Below, piece by piece: positions 19,881 through 30,817 of a stretch of 64,000 nt of DNA. The stretch covers positions 1-64,000 of the forward strand of contig JBBIML010000013.1 in the NCBI GenBank assembly GCA_037444405.1, given 5' to 3'. Each line of letters starts with the position of its first letter. Position 1 is the stretch's first letter. The position numbers and the translations under genes were made by a program. This DNA is from Armatimonadota bacterium. GTDB lineage: Bacteria; Armatimonadota; Fimbriimonadia; Fimbriimonadales; GBS-DC. The notes beneath the pieces were generated by a model. The model did not search any database. It was not told where the DNA came from and saw only the letters and a program-made list of their open reading frames with translations.

Positions 19881-20437
19881 GGCAACCACTGTCGGATGTA
19901 ATCGGCGTAGCGGTAGAGCGCGCTGCGCGTGCGCTCGATACGCCCGATTAAATCGCCCTCGTCCGCCCGTATCAGCTCCTCCAGCGTTTCGAAGCAGAAG
20001 AGCGCCTCAAAAGCGTCGGTCGGCTGACCCCGCGCTTTGAGTCTGACGGCTTCGTCGCTGGGGTCGTAGTTCAGGTGAGCGCAGAGGTAGGGGCGGAGGT
20101 GGGGATAGGCGCGTTGCAGCCAGGAGCGCAGTGCGGCATACCGCTGCTGGAACGGTTCACCTGTACCGCAGAAGGCGGCATCGCAGATGAGTTCAGCCAG
20201 TTGCTCGTAGCGCTCATAGAACTCGGCGAGCAGCGCGCGCTGTTCCTCCAGCGGCAAAGTCAGCGTCTGTCCCCGCCAGTGTCGAACCTGCTCGCGGATG
20301 GTGGCAGGCAGCGCGCGCAATGTCGTCAGCGCGTCGCGCGTCCACAGTTGCGCTCGCACAGGCAGTGATGCCAGCGTCATTAAGATGCGTCGATTCAGAC
20401 CCTGCGCAAGGGTGCGTGCCCATGTCCCAATATCCAT
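19877..20437 (-). CDS. Hypothetical protein
   Basis: ORF coupled to both neighbours; no recognised motif. Confidence 0.6.
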   Translation of the reverse strand: MDIGTWARTLAQGLNRRILMTLASLPVRAQLWTRDALTTLRALPATIREQVRHWRGQTLTLPLEEQRALLAEFYERYEQLAELICDAAFCGTGEPFQQRYAALRSWLQRAYPHLRPYLCAHLNYDPSDEAVRLKARGQPTDAFEALFCFETLEELIRADEGDLIGRIERTRSALYRYADYIRQWLP

Positions 20438-20438
20438 C

Positions 20439-20792
20439 TTACGCCTCCGTGCCTGGGGTATCGGAGCCGCCGGCTGCCCCGACACGCGCCACATAGTTCA
20501 CTTTCAAATCGCGAATCTGTCGCTGATACTCCCGCATCGTCGATTCTTCGACGAACGGTCGCAGGTGTCCTGCCAGAAAGTCGGCGCAATCGATGGCGAT
20601 TTTCGCCTGTTGCAGGTCGGTGCGAATCTGGCGCGTGATGGGATCGGGCACCAGCCCCATCATCTGCCATGCAGCGGCAATATAGAGATGGAGCGTGTAT
20701 TGCAACAGCGTGGGCACATCGGTGCCCTGCGCCGCCTGTTCCCCATCGCCCGGCTGCGCCTGTGTCGCCTGCTCGTCAGGTCGCTCCACCAT
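20439..20792 (-). CDS. DUF1844 family protein
   Basis: 'AWQMMGLVPDP..DLQQAKIAID..L..DLKVNYV'; SD GGAGG. Confidence 0.8.
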   Translation of the reverse strand: MVERPDEQATQAQPGDGEQAAQGTDVPTLLQYTLHLYIAAAWQMMGLVPDPITRQIRTDLQQAKIAIDCADFLAGHLRPFVEESTMREYQRQIRDLKVNYVARVGAAGGSDTPGTEA

Positions 20793-20815
20793 CGTCCGAC
20801 CCTCCTTTGAGCGGA

Positions 20816-22477
20816 TTATACCCCACCCGTGAGGAGCCGCTCGTTACGAAGCAGCTGCTCCACTCGCTGGCTGGCTTCATGCTCTGCTGATGCGTAGAGG
20901 GCAAACAGATAGATCAGCACCAGAATTATCAGGCTCAGCACCCATGGTAGCGCCTTCAGAAACCGCTCATAACCCAGCAGCGGCTTGCGGCTTCGAGCGC
21001 GGACATATGTGATGCCCAGCATCAGCAGCAACAGTCCCAACCCCGACCAGAATCCGATGCTGGCGATATCGGCTCGCGCCCTGAACAGCGCGCCCTGAAA
21101 CCGCTCCTGTTCAGTCTGCCCTATTCCAATATAAGGGTCGCCGAAGAAGCCTGTGCGAATTTCCGCGAGGGAAGCAGCACCGATGGCTGACAAGCTGGTG
21201 AAACTGAACAGAAACGCTGCCAACCATCCTGTTAGCAGTGCGGCTCCGAAGAGCCAGAATTCGTCGGGGCGCACGCGACGCGCTATTATCAGGGCAACCC
21301 CCATCGCCAGCAGGGTCCACAGCATACAGAACGCTATCGCAATCGCCGCGCGCAGCCGATAGAGCGGCGTGAAGGTGCGCTTAAGGAACTGTTCCGATAA
21401 GGCGCCTATCCGTGCAGGAGGGGGAAATACCGCTCGGGCGCGTGCCTCGTAAGCACGAAACGCCTGCGCCTCTCGCTGAAAGCCGCTGCGTAATAGATAG
21501 TTTGTAAATCGCTGGTGATAGATCTCCCACTGCTGTTCAGGCGTGTCACGCACAGGGGTGTCCCGCACGCCGCTAGGAAAGCGGAGCGCGTTCAGGTACA
21601 TTACGCGGGCTACCAGCACACCGATAGCCAGCGGGCACTCCTCGCCCATTCGGAGACTGCTCTCGATAATCTGCTGGCGGATCGCCAGCCCGCCCTTCAG
21701 GTCGCCCTGCCGTTCACGCTGAACTGCTAACGCGACATTCAGGCGACCCATCGCGCGAAGACTACTGTAGTGCGGCAACAGAATCTGTGCCGACCAGGCA
21801 TAGTCCATGTCCGCTCCAGAATATTCAAGAATCTGGCGTCCAGCCTTGCGCAGGGCAATCGCTTCGATGGTAGCGTGGTCGTTCCAGCGCGGCAGCCGGG
21901 CGGCACGCTGGAGCGCACGCAGAGCCTCCGCATCCCGCCGCAGCTCGAACAGCGCAACTGCCTGCACCATCGGAAAGAAGCCGTTTTGAGGGTCAACCTG
22001 CTCCCCTTCACGCGCCAGCTGAAGCACCTGCTGCGCCATGCGGGTCTGGGCTGGCTTATGCCCAGGATTGCCGCCAAAAAGCCGCTCCCCCTCCTGACGA
22101 TGAAGCACGAACTGCTGAAACTCCAGACGCAGAATGGTAGCATATAGCTCTGGACGCTCAGGGAAGCGCAGTAGTAGGTCATACAGGGCAGGATTAGCCC
22201 CGGAGCCGCCTGACAGCCACTGCTGGATCAGCGCATAGCTGAGTTGAATCTCAAAATCGTCCGGGTGCTGCTGGGCATGCGCCTGATAGGAGGGAAGCAG
22301 TTGCTCGATCAACTTCCGATTGTCGAACAGTTCACGCGGGGAGTTGAGCGGTAGTTTGCGGAAGGGCGCCATCAGCAGCCAGCGCACCGAAGGCAACCCT
22401 TGCGGCAGCAGCACAAACAGCCCAGCGGCTAACAGAGCCAGTAGCAGCCATCCGAGTAGCGACCATCGCGCCCGCAT
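20816..22477 (-). CDS. Hypothetical membrane protein (TPR-like extracytoplasmic region, C-terminal TM helices)
   Basis: N-terminal TM, 'DPQNGFF' TPR-like segment, about 4 C-terminal hydrophobic helices. Confidence 0.6.
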   Translation of the reverse strand: MRARWSLLGWLLLALLAAGLFVLLPQGLPSVRWLLMAPFRKLPLNSPRELFDNRKLIEQLLPSYQAHAQQHPDDFEIQLSYALIQQWLSGGSGANPALYDLLLRFPERPELYATILRLEFQQFVLHRQEGERLFGGNPGHKPAQTRMAQQVLQLAREGEQVDPQNGFFPMVQAVALFELRRDAEALRALQRAARLPRWNDHATIEAIALRKAGRQILEYSGADMDYAWSAQILLPHYSSLRAMGRLNVALAVQRERQGDLKGGLAIRQQIIESSLRMGEECPLAIGVLVARVMYLNALRFPSGVRDTPVRDTPEQQWEIYHQRFTNYLLRSGFQREAQAFRAYEARARAVFPPPARIGALSEQFLKRTFTPLYRLRAAIAIAFCMLWTLLAMGVALIIARRVRPDEFWLFGAALLTGWLAAFLFSFTSLSAIGAASLAEIRTGFFGDPYIGIGQTEQERFQGALFRARADIASIGFWSGLGLLLLMLGITYVRARSRKPLLGYERFLKALPWVLSLIILVLIYLFALYASAEHEASQRVEQLLRNERLLTGGV

Positions 22478-22514
22478 GCAGGCTTCACCAGTAAAAAGTA
22501 CGCTTTCTGGTCGG

Positions 22515-23567
22515 CTATTCCTGCTGAAGCGTGCGCTGGATAATAGAAAGCATGCGCTCGATATCGGCGCGGGTGATGCCATAGTGCGTAACGGCGCGCA
22601 AACGATTGCCGGAAAGCGAGAGCAGAACGCCCTGCTCCCTGAGCTGTGCCTGCAGGCGTTCGGGTGTCCAGCCTGTTTCGGGCGCCGTCCCGAAAATCAC
22701 GATATTGGTCTGCACGCGGGCGGGGTCAATCTGAATGCCAGGGATATTTGCCAGCCCCTGCGCCAGATAGCGCGCGTTCTCGTGGTCTTCGGCGAGGCGA
22801 TCGACCATCTGTTCCAGCGCGACGATGCACGCCGCCGCCAACACGCCCGCCTGCCGCATGCCGCCGCCCAGCATGCGACGGGTGCGCCGCGCCTCCTGAA
22901 TGAACGCCTTCGTGCCGCACACGATGGAGCCAACAGGGGCGCACAGCCCCTTCGAAAAGCAGAAGTTGATCACATCGAAGGGCGCGGCGATCTCGGCTGC
23001 CGAAACGCCCAGCGCGACGGCTGCGTTGAAGATGCGTGCGCCGTCCAGATGCAATGCAACGCCGCGCGCTCGTGCCAGCTCCGCCACCTGCTGAATATAT
23101 GCCAGCGGCAACACGGCACCGCTGCAACGGTTATGCGTGTTCTCCAGGCTGATGACGCGCGTGCGGGGCGTATAGACCGCGTCGCGAATCGCGGTCTGCA
23201 GGCGTGAGAGCGCAATCGTGCCGTCGGGTTCGTTCGGCAGCACATGCAGGAACACGCCGCCGAAAAAGCCCAGCCCGCCCACCTCGGAGGTGTAGAGGTG
23301 CGAATCGCTGCCCACAATCACCTCATCGTGTCTGCCCGTGAGCGTGATGAGGCTCACCAGGTTCGCCATGATGCCGCTGGGCACAAAGAGCGCAGCCTCC
23401 TTGCCCACCCGCTCGGCAGCCAGCGCTTCCAGCCGTTGTGCGGTGGGGTCATCGCCCAGCACATCGTCGCCCACCTCCGCCTCCGCCATCGCGCGGCGCA
23501 TGGCGGGCGTCGGCTGAGTCACCGTGTCGGAACGCAGATCGATCACCCTGTCCGCTTCGCGCACCAC
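22515..23567 (-). CDS. ltaE: Low-specificity L-threonine aldolase
   Basis: IDLRSDTVT, GDDV, LENTHN, HLDGARIFNA, SKGL. Confidence 0.93.
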   Translation of the reverse strand: MVREADRVIDLRSDTVTQPTPAMRRAMAEAEVGDDVLGDDPTAQRLEALAAERVGKEAALFVPSGIMANLVSLITLTGRHDEVIVGSDSHLYTSEVGGLGFFGGVFLHVLPNEPDGTIALSRLQTAIRDAVYTPRTRVISLENTHNRCSGAVLPLAYIQQVAELARARGVALHLDGARIFNAAVALGVSAAEIAAPFDVINFCFSKGLCAPVGSIVCGTKAFIQEARRTRRMLGGGMRQAGVLAAACIVALEQMVDRLAEDHENARYLAQGLANIPGIQIDPARVQTNIVIFGTAPETGWTPERLQAQLREQGVLLSLSGNRLRAVTHYGITRADIERMLSIIQRTLQQE

Positions 23568-24292
23568 AGCACTCCATTATAGATGATGCGGCGCACTATT
23601 GGGTGATGATAGGTGGGCACCGATTCGTGCCCGGGTCGGAAGTAGAACACGCGCCCGATGCCGTAGCCCTGATGCACGCCGCCGCCCGGACCAGAGGTGA
23701 AGTTCGGATCGATGCCCTCGCCCACCGTCCAGCATAGCCCGCTGGGGAAGCTCTCGCCCCCTTCAGGGAAGTAGGACTGGAACACAACCACCAGCGGCGG
23801 TGGTACATCGAAAGGCGCGCCGTACATCTCCTCATGCTCGATCACGAAGTCCTCGATGCCCTGTGCAATCGGGTGCCACGGCGCGCATACGCGAATCTGT
23901 TCGGGTTCGGGTGGGTGCTTCTCGCGCCAGCCGCCTTTGAGATGACCCGTACAGCCCAGCACACGCTGGAACGGCTTGGAATAGTGTCCCGAATGCAGCA
24001 CCACAAGCCCCATGCCCTCGTGATGCACGCGCTGGCAGATGCGCTCGACGGTCTCGTCCGACACCTGCGCGTGCCGCACATGTCCCCACCAGATCAGCAC
24101 ATCGGTCTGGCGCAGGCGCTCCATCGAGCAGCCCTGTTCGGGTTCATCGAGGTGCGCGGTCTGCACCTGCAGGTTGTCGCCGCCCAGCTCGCGCAAGCCG
24201 TCCGCAATCGCGCCCCGAATGCTTTCAGGGTAGATTGCCTTTGCCACATGGGGCGGGTTCTCGTCCCACACCAGCACACGAATCGCTGCCAT
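23543..24292 (-). CDS. ThuA-like (trehalose utilization) protein
   Basis: VLVWDE, DVLIWWGH, LVVLHSGH, FYFRPGHE; SD AAGGAGG. Confidence 0.85.
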   Translation of the reverse strand: MAAIRVLVWDENPPHVAKAIYPESIRGAIADGLRELGGDNLQVQTAHLDEPEQGCSMERLRQTDVLIWWGHVRHAQVSDETVERICQRVHHEGMGLVVLHSGHYSKPFQRVLGCTGHLKGGWREKHPPEPEQIRVCAPWHPIAQGIEDFVIEHEEMYGAPFDVPPPLVVVFQSYFPEGGESFPSGLCWTVGEGIDPNFTSGPGGGVHQGYGIGRVFYFRPGHESVPTYHHPIVRRIIYNGVLWCAKRTG

Positions 24293-24293
24293 G

Positions 24294-25190
24294 TCAGCCT
24301 CCTTCGGTTGAGGTTTCGTCCCACCACGCACTCAGCTCGCCCTTGAACACTGCATCGGCGGGTCCGGTCATCAATAGCAGGTTATCGTCGCGCCATTCGA
24401 TGAGCAGTTCGCCGCCGGGCATACGGATGGTGGCGCGGCGGTTCAGTTTCTGGAGCAGATGTCCCACGACCACGACGGCGCACGCGCCGGTGCCGCAGGC
24501 GAGCGTGGCGCCCGCGCTCCGCTCCCATGTGCGCACGAGGGCGTAATCGGGTCGCACGATTTGCGCCACCTGCACATTCACGCGCTGGGGGAAGAGCGGA
24601 TGGTGTTCGATAGCGGCACCGACCGATTCCAGTGGGAACGCCTGCACATCATCGGTGAACAGCACGGCGTGGGGTGTGCCCGTGTTGACCGCGCTCACCA
24701 GCAGGGTTTGCCCGCCAATCTCCAGCGGCTGCTGGAGCATCGGCTGGTCAGGAGGCTCGCCGAGCGCGGGCACCTCGCGGCGGGCGAGGCGCGGAACGCC
24801 CATCTCGACAGTCAGCTGCCGTCCTTCGGCGTCGGCACGGCGCACGAATCGCACCCCTGCACCCGTCTCAATCGCAACTGTCTGTGCGCCTGGCTCCCAG
24901 CGCATCAGTAGGTAGCGGGCGAAACAACGGATGCCGTTGCCGCACATCTCCGCCTCGCTGCCGTCGGGGTTGAAAATGCGCATCCGATAGGGCGCATGCT
25001 CGCCCCGTTCGACGACCAGCAAGCCGTCCGCGCCGACGCCGAACCGCCGATCGCACAGCCGAACCGCCCAGCGGCTCCAATCGGGAGCTGTCCCTGACTC
25101 CCCCTGCCAGCCACAGGCGGGATCGAGCGCGTCGACCAGCACGAAGTCGTTGCCGTTGCCCTGCAGCTTAACGAACGCTCGCCGACTCAC
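24294..25190 (-). CDS. dapF: Diaminopimelate epimerase
   Basis: [28 protein letters not shown]. Confidence 0.95.
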   Translation of the reverse strand: MSRRAFVKLQGNGNDFVLVDALDPACGWQGESGTAPDWSRWAVRLCDRRFGVGADGLLVVERGEHAPYRMRIFNPDGSEAEMCGNGIRCFARYLLMRWEPGAQTVAIETGAGVRFVRRADAEGRQLTVEMGVPRLARREVPALGEPPDQPMLQQPLEIGGQTLLVSAVNTGTPHAVLFTDDVQAFPLESVGAAIEHHPLFPQRVNVQVAQIVRPDYALVRTWERSAGATLACGTGACAVVVVGHLLQKLNRRATIRMPGGELLIEWRDDNLLLMTGPADAVFKGELSAWWDETSTEGG

Positions 25191-25450
25191 TCTTCGTACT
25201 CGCTGGTTTCCTGCTGGGGGCGACTGGGACCGTAGCCCGTTACGGGTCGCGACGGTACAATCGTCGTGATGGCGTGTTTATACACCAGTTGCACGGGCTT
25301 GCCCGGGCTTTCCAGCAGGATGGTGAATGCGTCGAAGCCGCGCACAACCCCCCGCAGCTGGATGCCTCCGCTCAGGTAGACAGTAACGCCGATTCCTTCC
25401 TTGCGCACCTGATTCAAAAACATATCCTGCAAGTTAATCGCTTTTGCCAT
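25187..25450 (-). CDS. hfq: RNA chaperone Hfq
   Basis: [20 protein letters not shown]; directly after miaA. Confidence 0.95.
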   Translation of the reverse strand: MAKAINLQDMFLNQVRKEGIGVTVYLSGGIQLRGVVRGFDAFTILLESPGKPVQLVYKHAITTIVPSRPVTGYGPSRPQQETSEYEE

Positions 25451-26375
25451 AATCTTGCCCTCCCTGTTGCGCAATCATCTGCACAATTTGTTGAGCGGTC
25501 GCTTCCACGCCCGCGCTGGCATCGAGCCAGCAGATGCCTGGCTCCCGACGGAACCAGGTCATCTGACGCTTTGCGAAGCGTCGCGTGTCGCGTTTCCAGC
25601 GTGCGACCGCTTCCTCCAGCGTGCATTCGCCCATCAGATGGGCGATCAGATGCCGGTAGCCCAACCCTTTGAGGGCGGGCAGGTCTTTATTGTACCCTTT
25701 CGAGAGCAGATTCTGCACCTCTTTGAGAAATCCCTGCGCCATCATCTGGTCGACGCGCGCGTCGATGCGCTGGTAGAGCAGGTTTCGGGGCATGGTCAGT
25801 CCGAACTTGAGCGCGGGCAGCTCCGATTCGGCGCGCCGTTGCCACTGGCTGATGGGCTTGCCTGTGGTCGCATACACCTCCAGCGCGCGCACGATGCGCA
25901 CGGCGTCGTTGGGATGGATTCGAGCGGCGGCTTCGGGGTCGATCTGTTGCAATCGCGCGTAGAGGGCGGGCAAGCCGTGCTGCCGCGCTTCCTGCTGGAG
26001 CCTCTGGCGCACGGCGGGGTCACCGGGCGGCGGCGCGAGGCTGAAGCCGTGCAGCAGCACGCGCAAATAGAGTCCCGTGCCCCCTACAATCAGCACGCGT
26101 CTGCCTCGCGCCTGAATCTCGCGAATGGCGTCGAGTGCCAGCTCGCGGAACTTCGCGGCGGTGAACGGCTCGCTGGGGTCTGCCACATCGATCAGGTGGA
26201 ATCGCACGCGGGCGCGCTCTTCGGGCGTGGGCTTCGCCGTGCCGATGTCCATCCCCCGATAGACGGCTGCTGAATCGGCGGAGATAATCTCGGCTCCTAT
26301 CTGCTCCGCCACTCGCAGTCCCACCGCCGTCTTCCCCACCGCCGTCGGACCCAGAATCACAATCAGGCGATCCAT
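25434..26375 (-). CDS. miaA: tRNA dimethylallyltransferase
   Basis: [34 protein letters not shown]. Confidence 0.96.
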   Translation of the reverse strand: MDRLIVILGPTAVGKTAVGLRVAEQIGAEIISADSAAVYRGMDIGTAKPTPEERARVRFHLIDVADPSEPFTAAKFRELALDAIREIQARGRRVLIVGGTGLYLRVLLHGFSLAPPPGDPAVRQRLQQEARQHGLPALYARLQQIDPEAAARIHPNDAVRIVRALEVYATTGKPISQWQRRAESELPALKFGLTMPRNLLYQRIDARVDQMMAQGFLKEVQNLLSKGYNKDLPALKGLGYRHLIAHLMGECTLEEAVARWKRDTRRFAKRQMTWFRREPGICWLDASAGVEATAQQIVQMIAQQGGQDYGKSD

Positions 26376-26392
26376 CCATGCGCAGTGTACCC

Positions 26393-26428
26393 CGCGGCAA
26401 TATAGGACTTTAGTCCTATATTGCCGCG
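26393..26428. repeat. 36-bp inverted repeat with GGACTTTAGTCC core (REP-like)
   Basis: 17-bp perfect arms cgcggcaatataggact / agtcctatattgccgcg, 2-nt loop. Confidence 0.85.
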
Positions 26429-26467
26429 TGCTGTGAATCCGTAAACCTTTGTGGAGGTGGAGCAACA

Positions 26468-27535
26468 ATGCGAATCGCACAGATTGGAGTTGCTCTCTGC
26501 TTGGCGACTTTTGTGCTGATCTCGCTGGGCTGTTTGGGACTGGTTCGCGTCTCGCCCAATCAGCGCTATGTCACTGTGGTGGCACCCATCACCGACTCGA
26601 ACGGTGAAACGAAGGAGTTCGAACTGCGCATGTACGACCTGCAAACCCGTGAGACCATTCCTGTGCGCCGTCTTGATTTTGAAGAGCGAATCGTTGTAGC
26701 AAGCCAGTGGTCGCCCGATTCGCAACGGTTCGTGTTCCTGGAGAGCGAGCAGCGCTCCGATCCGCTCTATCTGTTTGATGTAACAACCCGTTCGCTGGAA
26801 CAGTTGCCGATTGAGGATGTGGGCGCTGCTGTCTGGAGCGCGGACGGCGCTTACTTGCTGGTTGCGCATCGGGTATCGGACGCGGATTCGCCAGCTGGCG
26901 AGGGCACTTTGATGCTTAACTGGCATCGAACCACCGATTGGGCAAAGGTCCACTCGGTGCGGGCGCCAGCGGGGATCTCCGATGTGGGCAGCATCGATTG
27001 GGCGCGTACCTTCCCTGACGATGCGTTCAAGGCGATCGTTCATCTGGGGAATGACCTGTATCGGGTGCAGAGCACCGAAATAACGCCGCTGACCACCACA
27101 GGCGATGTAAAGGCGTTCTGGTTCTCGCCCCAGGAGCATCGCGTACGCTGGGTGCGGGTGCAGAACCGTCGCTTTCTGGCGGTATTCGAGCGCAATCTGG
27201 CGACGGGTGTGGTCAAGCGGCTGGCGCTTCTGCTGCCGTCCATGATGCCCTTGCCAGAAGGTTACGAGTACCGCTTCTCCCCTAACGGGGAGCGACTGGC
27301 GTGGGATGCAGGTGATTATGTTATCGTGCTGACCATCCCAACACAACAGGTTCGTCTGATTCAAGCCGTCGATGCAAAGCATTCCAGGCGGGCTACCCAG
27401 CCACAATCGGAGAGTGGTTTCCAGATTTCCGTGCCCGAAGCTCCTGCCCTCGGATTAGACTGGCAGGATAACAACACCCTCCTGATATTGCGCGACGAGC
27501 TGGAGGTGTATACCTTTGTCAGGCTGAAACCGTAG
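26468..27535 (+). CDS. Secreted TolB-like beta-propeller protein
   Basis: Hydrophobic N-terminus; repeats VSPNQRY, WSPDSQRF, WSADGAYL, FSPNGERL. Confidence 0.65.
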   Translation: MRIAQIGVALCLATFVLISLGCLGLVRVSPNQRYVTVVAPITDSNGETKEFELRMYDLQTRETIPVRRLDFEERIVVASQWSPDSQRFVFLESEQRSDPLYLFDVTTRSLEQLPIEDVGAAVWSADGAYLLVAHRVSDADSPAGEGTLMLNWHRTTDWAKVHSVRAPAGISDVGSIDWARTFPDDAFKAIVHLGNDLYRVQSTEITPLTTTGDVKAFWFSPQEHRVRWVRVQNRRFLAVFERNLATGVVKRLALLLPSMMPLPEGYEYRFSPNGERLAWDAGDYVIVLTIPTQQVRLIQAVDAKHSRRATQPQSESGFQISVPEAPALGLDWQDNNTLLILRDELEVYTFVRLKP

Positions 27536-27690
27536 CGACTCTGATTTGAACCCATTAGCCAGTCGTAAGTCCCGAAAATGTGGGCTTGGTGAAGGTGATG
27601 GCGGCATCATAAAGCCGAACCGGGTCTTTCACGCGTACCTTGCGCCAGCTGGGACCGCCTGTCTCCATTCTGTTTCCATACGGTCAGGCG

Positions 27691-28377
27691 CTACTTCAGG
27701 GTGGTATTCAGGAATCGCAGGGTGAGGCGCCAGGCATGGGCGGCAGCCTGGGGGTTATAGCCGCGGCGGTTGTTGGGGTTCGCGAAGGCGTGCCCAGCCC
27801 CCTGAAAGATATGTATTTCCACGCGCTTGCCCAGCCGTTTGAGCGTCGCTTCGAACTGGCGCACCGATTCGACGGGGATGCCCCGATCCTGGTCGCCGAA
27901 GATGCCCAGCACGGGGCAGTGCAGGTTGCGCAGGGTCGCCTCGTCGGTCAGCAGGCGTCCGTAGTAGATGACGCAGGCGGACAGGCGCGGCTCCTGCAAT
28001 GCGAGGCTCAGCGCCAGCCCGCCCCCCATGCACCAGCCGATGACGCCCACCTTCTTGCCGCGCAGCTCGGAACGGCGCAGCAGCCAGTCGACGCCCGCCT
28101 TGAGGTCGCGCATGGCGCGGTCTTCTGGCAGGGCGCGCGACAGCTCGTGCGCCGTTTCGGGGTCGGTCGCCACCTTGCCCCGATAGAGGTCGACCGCCAG
28201 CGCGAGGTAGCCGTTCTGCGCCAGACGGTTCGCCTGCTCTTTTATCCAGTCGTTCAGCCCCCACCATTCGTGCACGAGCAGCATCCCGCCGCGCGGTTGG
28301 GCGGGGATGGCGGCGTAGGCGCGCGCCCGCTCGCCGCTCACCTGAAGCATTACTTCCTGCTGTTTGATCGTTTGCAT
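27691..28377 (-). CDS. Dienelactone hydrolase family protein
   Basis: HEWWGLN, GWCMGG, YYG, AGHAFANP; start uncertain. Confidence 0.9.
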   Translation of the reverse strand: MQTIKQQEVMLQVSGERARAYAAIPAQPRGGMLLVHEWWGLNDWIKEQANRLAQNGYLALAVDLYRGKVATDPETAHELSRALPEDRAMRDLKAGVDWLLRRSELRGKKVGVIGWCMGGGLALSLALQEPRLSACVIYYGRLLTDEATLRNLHCPVLGIFGDQDRGIPVESVRQFEATLKRLGKRVEIHIFQGAGHAFANPNNRRGYNPQAAAHAWRLTLRFLNTTLK

Positions 28378-28381
28378 GCGC

Positions 28382-29080
28382 TCACTCCTCCAGAGGATGG
28401 ACCTGCAGGATATGCACGCGCACGCGCCGTCGCCCAAACTGGAGGGCAGCCCGCCGCGAATGGAAATAGAGGTCGATGCGGCGCCCTTTGATGGCGCGTC
28501 CGCGATCGGCGGCAATCGCCATGCCGTAGCCTTCAATATACAGCACCGTGCCGAACGGGATCACGCGCGGATCGACGGCGACCAGCCCGTAGCCGGCGGG
28601 CAGACCAGAGGCGGTACGCCCCGTGCCCGTGCCGCCGCTCCGATGCGCGGTGTAGGCGGTCGCCTCCATCTCCAGCACGCGCGTCGTGCGGAAGCTATTG
28701 CCGCGCGCCACCTGCCCGCGCGAGGCGATATGCCGATAGACGCCCACATGGTAGAGATTCGGCTGCGGGGGTTTCAACAGCTCCGATTCGAGCAGCTGGC
28801 GCTCCAGAATGCGCCCGTTGCGTTGCACCACGCGCCAGCGCACGCGCCGCAGTCCCGGCTCACCTTTCTGCACCAGCACGCGCTGGCGCGGTTGTAAGCG
28901 ATGATTCACCTCGAAAATGGTGGGTGGCTCGATTCGTTCCAGTCGTTCCACGCAGTAGGACACGGTTGATGTTGACGGCGGGCGCGATTGCGCCGCGCCG
29001 CTGACGACCAGCACCAGTCCTGCCACCCAGCCGTACCGTCGCCACCCATCTCCCCGAAGGGTGCCGCTTCTACGGCTCAT
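28382..29080 (-). CDS. G5 + 3D domain cell-wall protein (YabE/Sps-like)
   Basis: G5-like 'VQKGEPG', MEATAY, TASG, VAVDPRVIPFGT, AADRG.AIKGRRIDLY. Confidence 0.88.
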   Translation of the reverse strand: MSRRSGTLRGDGWRRYGWVAGLVLVVSGAAQSRPPSTSTVSYCVERLERIEPPTIFEVNHRLQPRQRVLVQKGEPGLRRVRWRVVQRNGRILERQLLESELLKPPQPNLYHVGVYRHIASRGQVARGNSFRTTRVLEMEATAYTAHRSGGTGTGRTASGLPAGYGLVAVDPRVIPFGTVLYIEGYGMAIAADRGRAIKGRRIDLYFHSRRAALQFGRRRVRVHILQVHPLEE

Positions 29081-29151
29081 TCGTCACCTCCCTTTGCGAA
29101 ACCGTGAACGGTCTCGCCGACGCTCAGTTTACCTGATACAAATGCAGTAAG

Positions 29152-30243
29152 TCAACCCTGCAACGGAACAACCGCCTGCAGCTGTTCGAAGCCCTGCACG
29201 CGCTCTTCGGGGGTGTCGTATCGCAGGGTGATGTGTCCCAACTTTCTGCCTGCGTGCGGTTGCTTGCCGTAAAGATGCAGATGCGCGTTCGGGATGGTCA
29301 ACACCGATCGGGGGTCGGGCAGCTCGCCAATGAGGTTCGCCATCAGGCAGTAGCCGCGCGGGGTGGTACTGCCCAGCGGCAAGCCCAGAATCGCCCGCAG
29401 GTGATTCTCAAACTGGCTCGTTTCCGCGCCCTCAATTGTCCAGTGCCCGCTGTTATGCACGCGCGGCGCGACCTCGTTCACCAGCAGGCGCCCTCCCACC
29501 AGAAACAGCTCGATGGTCAGCACGCCCACATAGCCCAGCACATCGAACAGCGTCGCGATGAACCGTTCCGCCACAGGCTGCAATCGGCTTGTGTCCACGC
29601 GGGCGGGCGCGAACGAATAGCGCAGAATGCCGCCCCCGTGAATGTTCTCAATCAGCGGATAGCACGCCACATCGCCCTGCAGCGAGCGCACGCCGATGAT
29701 CGATAGCTCGGTCTCAAAAGCGACGAGCGCCTCCATCAGCAGCGGTTGAGACTGCTGACGCACGATGCGCAGGTACTGCTCTTCGGTGTCGATGCGCCAT
29801 TGACCTTTGCCATCGTAGCCGAATCGGCGCGTTTTGACGATGGCAGGCAGACCCACCTGCTGGAGCGCACGCTCTGGATCATTCGGCTCAATCGGGGCGA
29901 AGGCGGGCACGGGAATGCCCAGCGAATGCAGGAACTCCCTCTCGGTCAGCCGATCCTGGAAAATCGCCAGTGCGCGCGGGGTCGGTCGCACAGGCAGGCG
30001 TGTCGCCAGCCACTCAGCGGCTTTGGGAGACACATTTTCGAACTCATAGGTGATGCATTGCTTGCCTTCCGCGAACGCCGCCAGCGCGTGCAGGTCATCA
30101 AAAGGCGCGCAGCGATGGGGCGCGACCTGACCTGCGCATGCGTCGGGTGCAGGATCAAACACCTCACAGGTGATGCCCAGCGGATAGCCCGCCAGCGCCA
30201 GCATGCGTCCCAGCTGTCCACCGCCCAGAATACCCACTCTCAT
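29152..30243 (-). CDS. purK: N5-carboxyaminoimidazole ribonucleotide synthase
   Basis: [33 protein letters not shown]. Confidence 0.96.
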   Translation of the reverse strand: MRVGILGGGQLGRMLALAGYPLGITCEVFDPAPDACAGQVAPHRCAPFDDLHALAAFAEGKQCITYEFENVSPKAAEWLATRLPVRPTPRALAIFQDRLTEREFLHSLGIPVPAFAPIEPNDPERALQQVGLPAIVKTRRFGYDGKGQWRIDTEEQYLRIVRQQSQPLLMEALVAFETELSIIGVRSLQGDVACYPLIENIHGGGILRYSFAPARVDTSRLQPVAERFIATLFDVLGYVGVLTIELFLVGGRLLVNEVAPRVHNSGHWTIEGAETSQFENHLRAILGLPLGSTTPRGYCLMANLIGELPDPRSVLTIPNAHLHLYGKQPHAGRKLGHITLRYDTPEERVQGFEQLQAVVPLQG

Positions 30244-30743
30244 CCCTGCTGCGACTCCATTCGCGGATCAGGGTTCTCCAGCACTATCTGGGTCTGCCGC
30301 TGGCGATAGGCGCGGAGCGCCTCGCGGAAGTGGGGGTACTTGTTCGCCAGGATTGCCGTTGCCAGCAGCGCGGCGTTAATGGCGCCCGCTTTGCCAATCG
30401 CCAGCGTGCCCACGGGCACGCCCGCCGGCATCTGCACAATCGACAGCAGCGAATCCAGCCCGCTCAGCGCCCGCGATTCGATGGGCACGCCCAGCACAGG
30501 CAAGGTGGTTTTGGAGGCGGTCATACCCGGCAGGTGCGCAGCGCCGCCCGCGCCCGCGATGATCACCTCCAGCCCGCGCGACTCCGCCGTGCTGGCATAC
30601 TCGAACAGCAAGTCCGGCGTGCGATGCGCCGACACGATGCGCACTTCATACGGCACGCCCAGCGATTCGAGCGTCTCCACCGCATGGCGCATCGTCTCCC
30701 AATCCGACCGCGATCCCATAATCACGCCCACCAGTGGCTGCAT
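30240..30743 (-). CDS. purE: N5-carboxyaminoimidazole ribonucleotide mutase
   Basis: [29 protein letters not shown]. Confidence 0.97.
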   Translation of the reverse strand: MQPLVGVIMGSRSDWETMRHAVETLESLGVPYEVRIVSAHRTPDLLFEYASTAESRGLEVIIAGAGGAAHLPGMTASKTTLPVLGVPIESRALSGLDSLLSIVQMPAGVPVGTLAIGKAGAINAALLATAILANKYPHFREALRAYRQRQTQIVLENPDPRMESQQG

Positions 30744-30817
30744 CAACAGCGATTTTACCTGACGGTTTGAATCCCGACTTCGCAGGAGATAGGGCTTACC
30801 TGTTGAAGAATCACATT

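Noticed and set aside
27555..27668. 37-aa minus-strand ORF (METGGPSWRKVRVKDP...)
   Set aside because: No recognisable family; could be a remnant but is unsupported
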